64,000 nucleotides of DNA from Eledone cirrhosa (GCA_964016885.1 OZ024752.1:43276001-43340000), one strand, 5' to 3'. Shown: positions 14,254 through 28,165, numbered from the stretch's first letter. A program made the numbers and translations. Notes: generated by a model not told the origin, from the letters alone.

Positions 14254-14298
<45 letters not shown>

Positions 14299-14381
14299 GT
14301 TATTCCGGGTTGAATCGGAGGTAACCACAGTAAGTAAGGTACTCAATACATAGCAGAGTATAAAAGTTTTAATATAGATGA

Positions 14382-14430
14382 GATTCTACAGGACTAGAAC
14401 TGTTTCATTCTTTAGAAATCATCAGGAATC
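14382..14430 (-). ncRNA. Type I hammerhead ribozyme with full stem III
   Basis: GAUUC-CUGAUGA-UUUC-UAAA-GAAU-GAA-ACAG-UUCUAGUC-CUGU-A-GAAUC; weak stem II (U.U closing pair). Confidence 0.72.
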
Positions 14431-14447
14431 CCTGATGATTTCTAAAC

Positions 14448-14538
<91 letters not shown>

Positions 14539-14545
<7 letters not shown>

Positions 14546-14925
14546 GTTTGAATATGTGTAATAAGGCCAAAACAATGCAGGTATGGACATAGAAAAAAGA
14601 ATGCAATAGTAAAAGGATTCGTCTTTCACCTTGAATTTATTTAAATGTCCTTAATTTTCGAGATAATATCTCTTCTTCGGAGGGAAATAAAGGTCTCAAA
14701 CCAGCGTCTTAAATCTCTAGCTTGGCTAGAGATTTAAGACGCTGGTTTGAGACGCTGGTTTGAGACCTTTATTTCCCTCCGCGGAAGAGATATTATCTCG
14801 AAAATTAAGGACATTTAAATAAATTCAAGGTGAAAGACGAATCCTTTTACTATTGCATTCTTTTTTCTATGTCCATACCTGCCCTGCATTGTTTTGGCCT
14901 TATTACACATATTCAAACGTTTATA
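14539..14925. repeat. Palindrome, axis ~14723
   Basis: CTAGC-TTG-GCTAG centre; right arm has a 13-bp duplication, a 5-bp insertion and substitutions. Confidence 0.95.
14649..14684 (-). ncRNA. Hammerhead-like motif with CCGAAGA core in a palindrome arm
   Basis: CCU-CCGAAGA-A-GAGAU-AUU-AUCUC-GAAAAUUA-AGG; the mirror arm core is further mutated. Confidence 0.5.
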
Positions 14926-14963
14926 CCTCATTACACAATGCTTCAAGTGAACTATAACCTCCT

Positions 14964-15121
<158 letters not shown>

Positions 15122-15225
15122 ATAATAAATTTGAAGACTAAAATCCAAAGATGGCTCGATAAGGATAAATATATATCAAATATATAAGAACCGTAGAGCA
15201 AATATTTATTAAAATAACAGATTAA

Positions 15226-15276
15226 AGTTTAAGCAAAGAATCGCTGCTTTCACCCTTAAAGGGATCTTCTGAAACT
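15226..15276 (-). ncRNA. Hammerhead-like motif with CAGAAGA core (second copy 28405-28456; related 4940-4992)
   Basis: AGUUU-CAGAAGA-UCCC-UUUAA-GGGU-GAAA-GCA-(9)-UGC-UU-AAACU; all three stems form, U4A in the core. Confidence 0.55.
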
Positions 15277-15296
15277 AAAAAAGTTTCAGAAGATCC

Positions 15297-16456
15297 ATGC
15301 TTTTACTTATTGAAAATAATAACTCTGAACTAAATAGAAAAAGAAAACAAATTACACAATTTTTTAATTACTTTAATCTAAAAATAGAAATTGAGAATAA
15401 CCATAGAATAGTCAATTTCCTAGATGTAACATTAAATCTCAACACATGTCTTCACTATCCATTTCACAAGTTGAATGAAAACTTAAACTATGTCAGCTTT
15501 AACTCTAACCACCCCAGATCTGTTAAAAATACTATAGTAAACTCTGTTCAAAATCGTATCTCTAGAATCTCATCTAATAAAAAGATTTTCGACAAAAAAG
15601 CCCAGTATTACAATGAAGCGTTAGCTAGAGCAGGATATAGTGATAAAATTATGTACATAGATAATAATAGACAAACTAACCAAAATAACAACAATTTTAA
15701 TTACGGCAACAACTTTAACAACTATAATAGAAAGCATTACAATAATTCCAAAAGCCAAAAAAGAAATAGAACTAGGAACATAATATGGTTCCCCCCCCCC
15801 CTTTCTCACTAAACATTAAAACCCACATCGCTAAACTATTTTTTAATGCTCTTGATAATCGCTTCCCTAGAACACATAGGTATCACTCAATTTTCAATAG
15901 ACATACTATAAAATTAACCTACTCATCCACCAAAAATTTAGCACAAAATATTAATAGAATAAATAATAGGAATTTAAAACCTAGCCAAAATACCGATAAT
16001 AGCATAAATAATATCCAAGTTAACAAATGTAACTGTAGAGATAGATCTAAATGTCCGTTAAATAACAATTGCTTAGTTAAAAATATAATATACAACTGTA
16101 ATGTTAAAACGGACTTAAATTCTTTTAACTATGTTGGTTCCACCTCAACAGAATTTAAACTTCGCTATAATAACCACAAGAATTCTTTCACAGATCCAAG
16201 CAAAAAATCTTCAACATCACTATCAGGCCTACTCTGGCAACTTAGGCATGATAACGTTGGATATTCAACGGCTTGGAATATAGTTTCAAGAGGGATTCCT
16301 TTTAATTCATCCTCTGAGACATGTGACCTCTGCGCGGAGGAGATATTCTTTATACTAAAATCTAAAAATTCCCTTAATTTACGGACAAATTTATTCAGTT
16401 GCTGCAGACATAGATTGAACTCAACTTTTAAATATAAATATAAATTTAAAATGTAG
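15297..16456 (+). mobile_element. 5'-truncated Penelope-like element: RT thumb, CNCR..CP..C Zn motif and C-terminal GIY-YIG endonuclease; frameshift in a C11 run at ~15791
   Basis: VNFLDVT, YV..SNHP, RNIIWF.PPF, IFNR.T.KL.YS, NIIY..YVGST..FK.RYNNH, CDLC.EE, CCRH. Starts just after the YRDD position. Confidence 0.92.
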
Positions 16457-17482
16457 TATATTTAATTTGATTTATAATTATTTATGAAACTCGCCGATAA
16501 ATCTTTCGATTCCTTTTTATTTTAAACATTCTTCATGAATAATTAAACTACCCTAAAAGCTGATTTTACACTAGATAAACTTCTATATTAAATATAAGAC
16601 CATCTGTAGATCAAATGGGTATCCTAAACTTTTGAAATGTTTTCTGCTAGACAGGATTTGGTAAATAATTTTTGGTTTTGTTTGCTTTTGATTCTGATGC
16701 TTATAACGAACTTGGCAATATATTGTCAATTAACTTTGAAGGGTTGATCTCTGTGGTTGATTTGCGGGGCATACTATGTTTCATTTTTATTTTTAATATT
16801 TTTTAAAATATTTTTTTGATTTTTTGTTTTTTATTTACTTTTTGTTTCTGATATTTTTATTGATATATTGATATCTGTTCTCTATTTATGCTTGAACGAT
16901 AATCATGTAGAGTAAAGACATGAATAGTATTGTTAAAATTAATGTAGACTCTATATATATTTGTGTGTATGTACACATATATGTATACTAGAATTTTTAT
17001 AGCACAATGAGAATGTTTTCGTGTGAAATAGGAATTTGCAGAGCTGATCACGTAAATTCACATGGATGTATATAGTATAAAATCTGGGATAACCTTCTAA
17101 TATAAACCTATGAATTTTAAACTAGACATATGATCATTATTTTTCACACATTATTGATACGTGTCTCATTCATGAATACTGATATTTACATTATAATGCC
17201 TGTTTTATACGAATTGATATTTTTTACATTGATGATACATAGTGTTTTAAATCTGCCTCGTTTTTGTCTGGTTATTTTTCTTTTCTCTCTATGTAACGGC
17301 TGTTTTCTCTCTTAACCACATACATCTCTCTCTACATTGATACTAGAGCTAAATAAATAAATAAATAAATAAATACATCATTGATACGTCATTCAACTGG
17401 TGCACAACTACCTATTTTCTTTCTCTCTATCTCTATCTATATCTATCTCTCTATATTTTCTCTCTCTCTCTCTCTCTCTCCT

Positions 17483-17521
<39 letters not shown>

Positions 17522-17770
17522 CCCTCTGTGTTTTTTCCTCTCTCTATATATCTCTCTCTGTTTCTTTACATGAATTTCTTCTCTCTATCTATCTCTCTAT
17601 ATCTATCTCTCTCTATTTAGTTGCATGCATTTCTTCTTTTTCTTCGTTTTTTCTTTCTTTCTTTTTATAACTGTCCCTAATATTTTTTCCACTACCAAAT
17701 CAACTTTTCAAATAGAAGTCGAAGTTGAAAGGTATGTCGAATCTATCTATTTATAAGACTGTTTATATTG

Positions 17771-17836
17771 TATTTTGTCTGAAGAAGGCATAACATATTT
17801 TTAATATGATATCCCTGAAATATATATAATGAAATA
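17771..17836 (+). ncRNA. Type I hammerhead ribozyme, co-oriented downstream of the PLE GIY-YIG ORF (probable 3' pLTR)
   Basis: UAUUUUGU-CUGAAGA-AGG..CAUAUU/AAUAUG..CCU-GAAA-UAUAUA-UA-AUGAAAUA. Confidence 0.8.
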
Positions 17837-17959
17837 AATATGGTTTTATAAATATAGTTTCCATTTATTTAATATCGTATATATATATATATATGTGAAT
17901 GAAGTAATTCCGTCGGAAAAGTCCAGGAATAAAGAGTGCTCTATGTAGGTAATATTACA

Positions 17960-18006
<47 letters not shown>

Positions 18007-18153
18007 TATATATATATGAAAATAGGGAGAAAAAGACGATTATTAGGAAGACATTTTGTTTTCTTTTTTCTGGGTTAGAAAATGTTTAAAACAAAATATT
18101 TTACTTTGTGTGACGTGTTAAGGTATTAGTTTATTTATTTATTAATTAACAAT

Positions 18154-18197
<44 letters not shown>

Positions 18198-18328
18198 GAT
18201 AAATCTACCAAGAGTTTACGGTAGTGTCCAATCCGTATGAAGAACTCAATGTATTCCGGATATCATGGAAAGAAGAGATGTAATGAAAAATCACTTTCGG
18301 TGAAAGATAAACGGTATACAGAGTCAAG

Positions 18329-18864
<536 letters not shown>

Positions 18865-18940
18865 AGGTAATTTCGAAGAAAAAAGGAAAATAACAGGAAA
18901 AACAGGAAAAAAGTGTGATCTATTAATAGAACAGAGCTAA

Positions 18941-19872
18941 TCTATATATATAAAACTGTGGTTGTCTGTCTGTCTATCGATTTTTGGCACACATCTCTTA
19001 GAATCTCTCACGGAATTGCACCGAAATTGCTATACTTGTACATTGAGCCCTAGCGAAGACATCGGAAAAAAAATATTTCAAATTGACCCACCCTATGTGA
19101 CGAAATCGAATATAATGCATCGATTTTTGAGCGTAAGTTATCAGTTATTTCCCTTTGTTCTGTTTACATTGAGCGTCTTACGTAAAAAATTACGCTGGCT
19201 TTCTCAGCGTTTAAAATGACATTAACACAATACACGAACAGTTGTCGTCGAGCCAGCAAAATATTGACCTGCAAAATTCATCAGTTCGAACACTAAGCTT
19301 CCGTTTTGCTTCATTTCCATTTAAAAGCATTTTAAAACAATATTTTTACTTGAAAACAAGTCTATTTAAAGACTACGTAAAACAAGCAAATATTTCGTCG
19401 TTAGGCGTGCAGACAGACAGTCGTGCAGAGAGGTGATATACGCGTGCAGACAGATAGTCGTGCAGAGAGGTGATATAGGCGTGCAGACAGACAGTCGTGC
19501 AGAGAGGTGATATAGGCGTGCAGACAGACAGTCGTGTAGAGAGGTGATATAGGCGTGCAGACAGACATAACTGATAATTTGGTTACGCTAATGTTTTTCT
19601 CTGCGTTGCAGTGTTTACATTTTCGATCTTTGTTAATAAATAACCAGTGCAGTTTTTATCCCCAGCATCCTCTTTTGTTATAACATTCGGGTTATCGTTA
19701 TGTTTTCTTAACTTCATAAGGCATATTGTTGGTTGAGGGAATATTAATCAAAAACACCACATGCAAGTCTGCACAGTAGACACTACAGTTTTTAAGCCAA
19801 TAAAGAAACTTAACATTGTAACTTTAACACAGCTACTGAGCGACCCCGAGCAACGCCGGGCTTTACTGCTAG
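18941..19872 (+). mobile_element. Non-autonomous Helitron
   Basis: A|TCTATATATATAAAA 5' end; 3' GC hairpin (CCCGAGCAACGCCGGG) then CTAG|T; internal minisatellite. Confidence 0.85.
19403..19567. repeat. 37-bp minisatellite (~4.4 copies) inside a Helitron
   Basis: AGGCGTGCAGACAGACAGTCGTGCAGAGAGGTGATAT at 19403, 19440, 19477, 19514, 19551. Confidence 0.95.
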
Positions 19873-19987
19873 TTATATATATAAATATATTTATATATAA
19901 TGTAGGAAGTTAGTTTTATTGTAGTACAATAAAGCAATGCAGATATCGATTAAGTAGCACTCTACAGTTTGTAGGACTGGAGTATAA

Positions 19988-20328
19988 ATAATATATAAGA
20001 TCAAAAGATGGTTAAAAGAGTTCCATGTATTTTATTATGCGCATTTCAAAAACAAATATCATCATGCGATGACATTTGCGTTTTCGTCAGATAAAATAGG
20101 GAGACATGATATGAAGGTTAAAAAACACTTGTGAATAGTGCAGTTTTAAATCATACATATGTTGATTTAAAACTGCACTATTCACAAGTGTTTTTTAACC
20201 TTCATATCATGTCTCCCTATTTTATCTGACGAAAACGCAAATGTCATCGCATGATGATATTTGTTTTTGAAATGCGCATAATAAAATACATGGAACTCTT
20301 TTAACCATCTCTTGATCTTATATATTAT
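19988..20328. repeat. ~340-bp palindrome, axis ~20158
   Basis: AAATCA-T-ACATATGT-TGATTT centre. Confidence 0.97.
20218..20288 (+). ncRNA. Type I hammerhead ribozyme (mirror copy at 20028-20098, -)
   Basis: UAUUUUAU-CUGACGA-[~15-bp stem II]-GAAA-UGCGCA-UA-AUAAAAUA; 8-bp stem I, palindromic stem III. Confidence 0.87.
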
Positions 20329-20796
20329 ATATATATATATAGAGAGAGAGGGGGGGGGGGGTAAATTCCGCTCTGATAGCAGTGATTAGAGATTGAGCGT
20401 AAACAACTTACCACGGCTTGTCCCAGAGACGGGAAAGCTCAGATTCGGTTTTGAATCTTCGCTGCCGTTATACATTTATTGAGTGTCTTTTTGAATCTAT
20501 TCATTTCACATAATAAACATTGTTACAGGAAACGTACTGAAGTGCAAAGCATACAATACACCCACTGTGGTTATCAATTTAAACCACAAATGATATCTTG
20601 ACTGTCTCAACAGGTTTTTGTGAATCAAGGCTGCTATGTGAGTTGACTAAGATAAAGATTAGTGTTGCACAACAGCTGTGAATTAACTCATAGCATACTG
20701 TAACGATCTAGCTTGTCTAAAAATGAGTTTGTTAATTCAAATGTTTATAGTATCTTTATTAAGATCTTTGTGAAAATGTTCAATATTATATGCTAC

Positions 20797-21230
20797 CATA
20801 TCCCAGCTCGAGCCAGTGGGGCTGGACCGAGGGGATGGCAAAAAGCCAGATGGCATGACCGTTCCGCGGTAGCAAACCCCTCGTCTGGGATGCCACTTGC
20901 ACCGACACTTTCTCCAGCCGCAACCTGGTGCAGTCTGCGACTAACCCAGGTTCTGCTGCACGTCGGGCTGAAGAGGCCAAACTCCTCAAATACCGGTCGC
21001 TCTCCGACAGGTTTGCGGTTGTATCCTTGGTAGTGGAGATTTCTGGTGTCCTCGGCCCTAGGGCTACCTCCCTACTCACCACCATAGGCGCTGAGCTGGC
21101 CAGCCGCAGGTGTGAGCCTCGCGAGTTGGAATGGCTTTTCCAGCGCGTCTCTCTTGCCGTCCTCCGGGGAAACGCCTTCTCTATTCTTGCCGCCGGGGTT
21201 GTGGGGCGGCCATCAATCATGAATGACTGA
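20797..21230 (+). mobile_element. 3' fragment of a CRE-clade non-LTR retrotransposon (restriction-like endonuclease), frameshifted
   Basis: EPVGLDRGDGK.PDG.T, LVWDATCTDT, AEEAKLLKY, E..G..G, LFQRVSLAVLRGNA; GC-rich island. Confidence 0.85.
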
Positions 21231-21994
21231 CTTGTCATTTTATCAGTCAGATGTTTTTAGCTAAAGAATATATGCTGATTTACACATCTACAAGATAAAT
21301 ACTACACTGGCTTCATAGATCTTCGTAGATCCCAAGCTGTTAAAAATTCTGTCATAGTCATGTGTCGCCGTATTCACTTGTTGTTTTGTTTTCGGTCGGA
21401 TCACAGTTGGGGCTTCCTAATTTAGTGGATATTATCGCCATCTCGCTCAATTAGTCGTACACATCCACGCGTGTCAACCCGTCTGCCTGACGACTGCTGG
21501 TACATTGTTTGAAGTAATCATTAAGGAGATATAGATATATAGAAAGAAATTATTCTTACATATGTGATGCAATTATTGGGTTTTATTAAGTTTTGAATAT
21601 ATACATAAATAACATTACAGATTGCTTACAATTCTTTTAGAATGAAAATATAAACATATAACAAATACGATTATTTTTAGGAACCTCACAAATAGAACGC
21701 ACCAGAGCGTAAGAAAATAAAGATGTGAAGGACAGAGGCTACTATCAATTCACCACTAAGTCGAGTGTCATACCCATGTATTGATCAAAACGAAGTCCGT
21801 GTCTTTACTAGGAGTTCCATTTATACCGAGTCAACCCCAACGAAACTACAACTAAAATAGTTAGGGTAAGTTTTCATTTAATTTTCGCCAGCAATGTTTG
21901 TTAGTTTTTTTTTGTTTGTTATTTGATTATAGGTCATAATTTGTTTGTTATTCAATGTCTATACTGTATAACGAACAAATATTGTCCTTACAAC

Positions 21995-22269
21995 CAGGGG
22001 CCTCGTTTGCCTTAAAAATGTGAGAGGGACAAACCAACATTTGATTCTTAAAGGAGCATAAATTGCTTATGGTCCATTTCCCAGACCCTATCACATAAGT
22101 AAAATTTTACGCTAATTAAATTTGATATATTCAAATGAAATTCAGATATAAAAGAATAAGCCTTAAAAGAATTTATTATATCAAAGAAACAAAAAATAAA
22201 AGATAGACGTTTGAAAAAGCGGCGGGGTACTTGTCCCCTGGTACCCCCACCCCTGAAACAAGGCCCTTG
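21995..22269. mobile_element. hAT-like MITE
   Basis: Imperfect TIRs CAGGGGCCTCGTTT / AAACAAGGCCCTTG; degenerate 8-bp TSD CTTACAAC / CTTACTAA. Confidence 0.5.
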
Positions 22270-23594
22270 CTTACTAAAAGCCAGTGTGGTCGTTGTAGAA
22301 ATAGCAGCCAAATCTCTCTCGAAAACCCTAAACCGCCGTAATCTTTTATTACTATATTTCTAATGCCTATAATTTTAAAACCCTTTTTCAAAAGTATGAA
22401 GGAAATATAATTTTATTAATGTTGTATAAATTTACAGTAGAATAACGTTGCAAATATGTTTTAAATATATACATAAATAACTGTTTCTACGTTAGGCACA
22501 AGGCCAGCAATTATTTCAGTGTATTACTGGTACTTTATTTTATCGACCCCGTAAGGATGAAAGGCAAAGTTAACCTCGGCGGGATTTGAACTCAGAATGG
22601 CAAGGGCCGTAACTCTATGCGCCAAAGCATGGCATCCGACACTGCCAATCCACCGCCCTATATATACATAAATATATACATAAATAACATTAAACATTTC
22701 TTGCAAAGGGATTTAGTAACATAATTGACTTTCTCATTAAGCTGCTATCTGGAATATAACTTCGATTTCAGTGGGGAAAGAAGTTTTTCCTCGTTTTTTT
22801 CTTGTGCTATTAACTAATCTAACCCCCCAGATACCTACAATCGACTTTTCCCCCAGAAAACCCCTTGTTCTCTACGATTTTTTGGTAAATTTATAGAAAA
22901 GCATCCGCTGGGGTTCGGTGAGAAATTATTTTTTACCTAGGTTTTTTTTCGTATTTTCAACTAACATAACTCACTCGCAATGGAGTTTTTTCCCCCCGAA
23001 AGTGAAAGTTTTCTTTAGTTCTATTTTCTACTAATCTGATATCTGACATACACAACTCGCAAGTGACACCTTTTTTTCCTAAAAACGGAAGGAGGACCCT
23101 TTAGGTGTTTAAACTTATATAATAGCACACTTTAGGGCTCAGTGAGAAATTTTTTTTTTTTTTTCGTGTATTTTCAACGAATCTGACCTCCAAATCCGTT
23201 GGAAAGTAATGATAAGACGTGTAAAATTATATATAATTGTTTCTACTTTAGTGCCATGAAAGGCAAAGTCAACCTCGGCGGGATTATATATAATACACAA
23301 TTTTACTGTGACTATTTGTTGTTTTTTCCTATAAATATGACAATAACTTCGAAGCAAGTTATTCATTAATAAAATTATTGAAGTAGCAGCTCTTGTCGTT
23401 CATTGAGTGCTGGCTATGACAGGCAACCATATATCTCAACCCACCGAGACATATACATAGCACTTAAAATGGGAAAGAGTTACTTCCGAAATCACCCATC
23501 AAGCAAATTCGTGTCGTATTACAATGAACAATTGGCCAACCTACTAAATCAACAATACAATTTACATATTTGATCAATTAATATCAAATTAAAA

Positions 23595-23604
23595 ATGGCG
23601 TTAC
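23595..23604 (+). CDS. Probable first coding mini-exon of the Toll-like receptor (MAL+)
   Basis: AAAATGGCG Kozak context followed by a GTATGT donor. Splicing to the acceptor ttgtctttccag|24725 gives an in-frame, stop-free MALQIDLK-MPII... extension. Confidence 0.5.
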
Positions 23605-24724
23605 GTATGTATATTCGGCGATCTCTCTACATCAGTTTTTTTTTGTTTTTTTTTTAGAAACCACAAAATCTATCATAGTTAATATTTACTTCGGCACTAC
23701 CATGCTATTAGTTGTCAGAAGTGAAAGTTACGTCAACCTTCTCAATCGTAAACATCGTTTATTTCCGTATTACCACAGCTAATAGCATGGTAGTGCCTTT
23801 ACTTCCTATTTTTCTCTATGTTGGCATGAGCTGGACGGACTGTTACCGTCCCAGGCGAAACAGATCTCATCTTCTTCAGACCTACATTCGTTATACCTTT
23901 TCTACAAGTTATACTGGGTACGTTTTATCGTGACACTACCTCTAGCACTTCCTGGTCTAGAGGTAAGGGGTGTCTTCTTCGTCCTGGGGTAGGTGTGATT
24001 AACAGTTGTGAGAACAACTTGTACAGGAAGGAAAGTTCAGGGCGAATGAGAAAAAGACTGGATGTAGTGATAAGAGGCTAGGGAGTGAGGGCTGTTGATG
24101 TTATGTATACAAGACTAAAGTCTCTCTTGAGCCCAGAGGCACATCAGGTCGGTGCGTATCCCGGTTTCCATGGCGTGAAGCAACTGAGAGTACAAGACAA
24201 CTCCCTGGACGGGACGCCAGTTTATACGAAGCTAAACTCATTTTCAGCTGAGTATATTGGAGGAATGACTGAAATGAAGTGTTTTGCTCAAGAACACAAC
24301 ACACAATCCAGCCCAGGAGTCAAACCTATGATATGATCATAAGTCCAACACTCTTACCACTAGGCTACTTGAGGGAGAACTCGTTATGTTCAATAAAGGC
24401 AAGAAATACAAAAGGTTGTTAAAGCCTGTCCTAAATAAAATAGATAACAGGATAGACCTACTGGAGTTTACCACTTGAAACAATTAAACTGTTTTATACA
24501 TTTAAACCGGCTGTATCCAGCCACAATTCTCTCACCTCTTTCTGCTCAAACCGGCCATAACTGACCACTCATACTGATGTTAAGGCATTGTTCTCAAAAT
24601 AAATAACATCATTTTGTATTGGGAACCAGGGGTGTTTTCGAGGGTTTTGGTATAAAAAGAGTTAATTTTCAGAAATTCGTTAAACTAGAATAAAAAAAAT
24701 ATTATTTTCTGTTTGTCTTTCCAG

Positions 24725-25975
24725 AAATAGATCTGAAAATGCCCATCATTGTAACCGTGAAGCTTTCCCTCTTTTTTTTAACTTATCTTATGTCATTCGG
24801 TCTTGTTGTTACTACTTGCCCTACTGTCTGTCATTGCAACAAGGGACTCACAACTGTCAATTGTAATAAGAAATCTCTAAAAACAGTCCCTGAAAACTTA
24901 CCAATGACTACAGAATATCTTTCATTGGAAAAAAACGAACTTACAGAAATTACTGTAAATTCTTTTAAAAATTTGATTCACTTGAAAACGCTTGTATTAT
25001 CTTCAAACAAAATTTCAATTATCCAAAAAAATAGTTTTATAAGACTATCCAAACTGTCTAGTCTTGCTCTGATAAACAATGATCTCTCTACTATTGAAAA
25101 TGATTCTTTTGCTGGGGCCAGTTCTTTAACTAAAATTGACTTCAACTCCAACCGTTTTGAAGACATCCCAAGTCTGTTTGGTTTAACCTCATTGAAATCT
25201 CTACTATTGAATACCAACAAAATCTCAAAGGTTTTCTTTCCACCTCAATACAGACAACTAAAAAACCTCTCACAAATAAATCTCTCCAACAATAAAATAA
25301 CTGAACTTACTGTGCATTCTCTGATCAACTTGAACGAGTCAACTATACGAAAGATCTCATTTTCCAGAAATCAAATCTCATCTATTGAACAAGATACGTT
25401 CCAAGTCCTACGAAACATTAATTCCATAAGCTTTGCAGAAAACCCTTTAACAGCAAAAGTCCTGAAAAAATGTCTGTGGCCAGTGAGAAACTATGACCTG
25501 ATATCTTTGGATCTTTCTTCGCTGGGAAAGATAAACATTCTGACAGATAATATTTTTGATATCTTTCAGAACACTTCCCTCCGAACATTAATCTTAACTC
25601 ATAACAACATTACACATGTCAACTACGATAGTTTCAAGGCACTTACTTCCCTTGAAGTTCTCAAGCTAGACTTTTGTTCCATTACCAACCTACATGAATC
25701 AGCATTCACTCATCTGAATCGCTTAACAAGGCTCTTTCTCAATGGCAACTATATATCAAAACTAACCCCAGTTTTTCCAGTAAAACTGCTCTATCTCTAT
25801 CTCAATGACAATACAATCCAGGTAGTCCCCAACAACATATTTGGCCAACTGACTCACTTGAGGGAATTGCACCTGCAGTACAATAAAATTGTCCAGTTTA
25901 AAGCCGATGCATTTGTAGGTTTGGAAAAACTGCACACTTTGAAGTTACAACACAATATTATTAACGTCATACCAG
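24725..25975 (+). CDS. Toll-like receptor, ectodomain exon (signal peptide, LRRNT, LRRs)
   Basis: ORF from ATG 24739: hydrophobic signal, CPTVCHC..VNC LRRNT cap, many LxxLxLxxNxI repeats. Polypyrimidine/CAG acceptor at 24724; donor CCAG|gtaagt at 25975 (phase 1). Confidence 0.93.
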
Positions 25976-26152
25976 GTAAGTCATCACATCACATCACTCT
26001 CAGCATCTTCATCACCATTATGTCCCTCATGCCTACACCACATGAGGGTCAGTTTGTTTACCTGAGTCAATGAAATGTAAAATGTACAGCTCTCGCCTAT
26101 ATAGGGTTAGGTGACCTATAAAGCTGCTTATCATGAGGTTTCTGGGTGGGGG

Positions 26153-26343
26153 TTAACCCTTTAGTGTTTAAACTGGCAAAAATTCTTTCACCTTTTTCTG
26201 TTCAAACCAGCTGTAACCAACTACTTATACTGATGTTAGGGTATTATTCCAAAAATCTCATAGATTCGATATTATTTAAGATAATGCCTTTACCATGAAA
26301 ATACAATAGTATCTATAGAGTAATGTGATTGCTAAAGGGTTAA
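26153..26343 (+). mobile_element. piggyBac-like MITE in the TLR intron
   Basis: TTAACCCTTTAG...CTAAAGGGTTAA; internal similarity to 42567-42773. Confidence 0.72.
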
Positions 26344-26872
26344 TGAGAGGAGCCCTATTATGTTGTTACAGCTTTCAACTATATAGGCTTTGGTGACTTT
26401 CTACAAAGTTGCTTCTCATAAGGTTTCTTGGGTGTTATAATGAGAGGGGGCCCCAGTCCTATCATACATACTCATATGTACATTATTGATACAGCTCACA
26501 CCTATGTAGTTTTAGCTGGAGTTCATACTGCTCTATACAGTAGACTGTATACATCATCAATTAACGTCCATCTTCCACGCAAGCATGGGTTAGATGGGTC
26601 GGGCGACTGTGTCTCGCTCATATAGGGGTCTTTCTGGCTGGATGCCCTTCCTAACACCAGCCATATAGACTGGGTGCTTTTTGCCATGTCTTTTACACTA
26701 CATATATGTAGTGAGTATGTTGTGTGTATATATATATATAGTCAGTACACTGTATTTTAGATATAAACAATTTCCATTGATCACTTCTGCTAACTGTTAA
26801 TATGTCCATCTGTTTTTGTCTGTCATTTCTTGAACTATATATATATATGTTTGTGTGTATTGTTTCTTGCAG

Positions 26873-28137
26873 GTCGTCTGTTTTCTACTTTGGTTGGTCT
26901 CGTACATCTGGAACTTGGTAGCAATTCTATTACCAATATACCTGAAGAAATATTCACCAAATTAAAATCGCTGAATTCTCTAGATTTGTCCAATAACCAT
27001 ATTTCAATGATGCCTCAAAGTTTTTCCAAGATGATTCAATTACAGCAACTGTATTTGGAGAATAATAAACTTGGAAATGGCTTTCTACTGAGTGGCCTAA
27101 AAAATTTGATAGCTATTGATTTATCTAATAATGAAATTGAAGGGCATTTGTCTGAGAAACTCTTCCAGAACAATGGCCATCTTAAATATATTTCTCTTAG
27201 TGGAAATAGAATTAGAGGATGGCAAAATAACACATTTAAGGCCACAAATTTAACACTGAAAAAACTAGATGTCAGTAAGAACTACATAATTACTTTTGAC
27301 ATTGATTCCCTAAGATATATCAATAACAAGAAAGTATTCAATATTACGATGAATCCATTTGTATGTAACTGTGATCTCCGCTGGTTCCGAGACTGGTTAA
27401 ATACAACAACAGTTGATGTTGTTGGTAAAAGTTACTTGACATGCAACAGCCCAGAAAAGTGGCAGGGTAAGAAATTGCTTGACTTTGATAGGTCCAAGAT
27501 AGACTGTACCGATTATACACCTTACTATATCTCTGGGGGCGTGGTTTGTGGGTTCCTTATAACAACAATAATAATTTCTATTGCATACAACCGACGATGG
27601 TACATCAGACTTAAAGTGTATAAAGCTTATAAGAAAATAAACAAAGTAGTCAGAGATAACCAGTACGAAGAGATACCTGGAGAGGACCAATTTTCTGATG
27701 CATACGTCAGCTACTGTGAAAATGATAGAGAGTGGGTTGAAACCTATTTGATGCAAAGGTTTGACAATGGAGAAAATGCAGAGGGCCACAACTACAATGG
27801 AAAGTATAAACTATGTTTTCGTGAGAGAGATTTTGAGTATGGCAAATATGTTGCTGGAATGATAGACGAGAGTTTAAAGACAAGCAAGAAAATGCTAGTG
27901 ATTCTCACACCAAATTATATCAAAAACAGTCAGTGTAAATTTGAATTAAACATAGGTATTTCTTATTGTGGTATCAATAACATCAAGGTGATTGTAGTTG
28001 GAGACATTAAATGTGAACAAATCCCTAATATACTTAGTAGTATCATCGAGGAAAGGAAAGATATTAAATGGGATAAGGATGAACATGCTACAACCTTATT
28101 AACTAAGAAACTGGATGAATTTCTGACAGACAATTAA
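26873..28137 (+). CDS. Toll-like receptor, last coding exon (LRRs, LRRCT, TM, TIR); spliced protein ~833-841 aa
   Basis: Acceptor tttcttgcag|GT matches phase 1. NPFVCNCDLRWF..TCNSP..C LRRCT, TM YYISGGVVCGFLITTIIISIAY, TIR motifs DAYVSY, LCFRERDFEYG, SKKMLVILTPNY, CKFEL. Single cysteine-cluster type. AATAAA at ~28302. Confidence 0.95.
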
Positions 28138-28165
28138 ATGCCAAAACTGAATATATATATATACA

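Noticed and set aside
15785-15812. Programmed frameshift in the PLE ORF
   Set aside because: Falls in a C11 homopolymer; slippage or sequencing error is more likely since PLEs have a single ORF.
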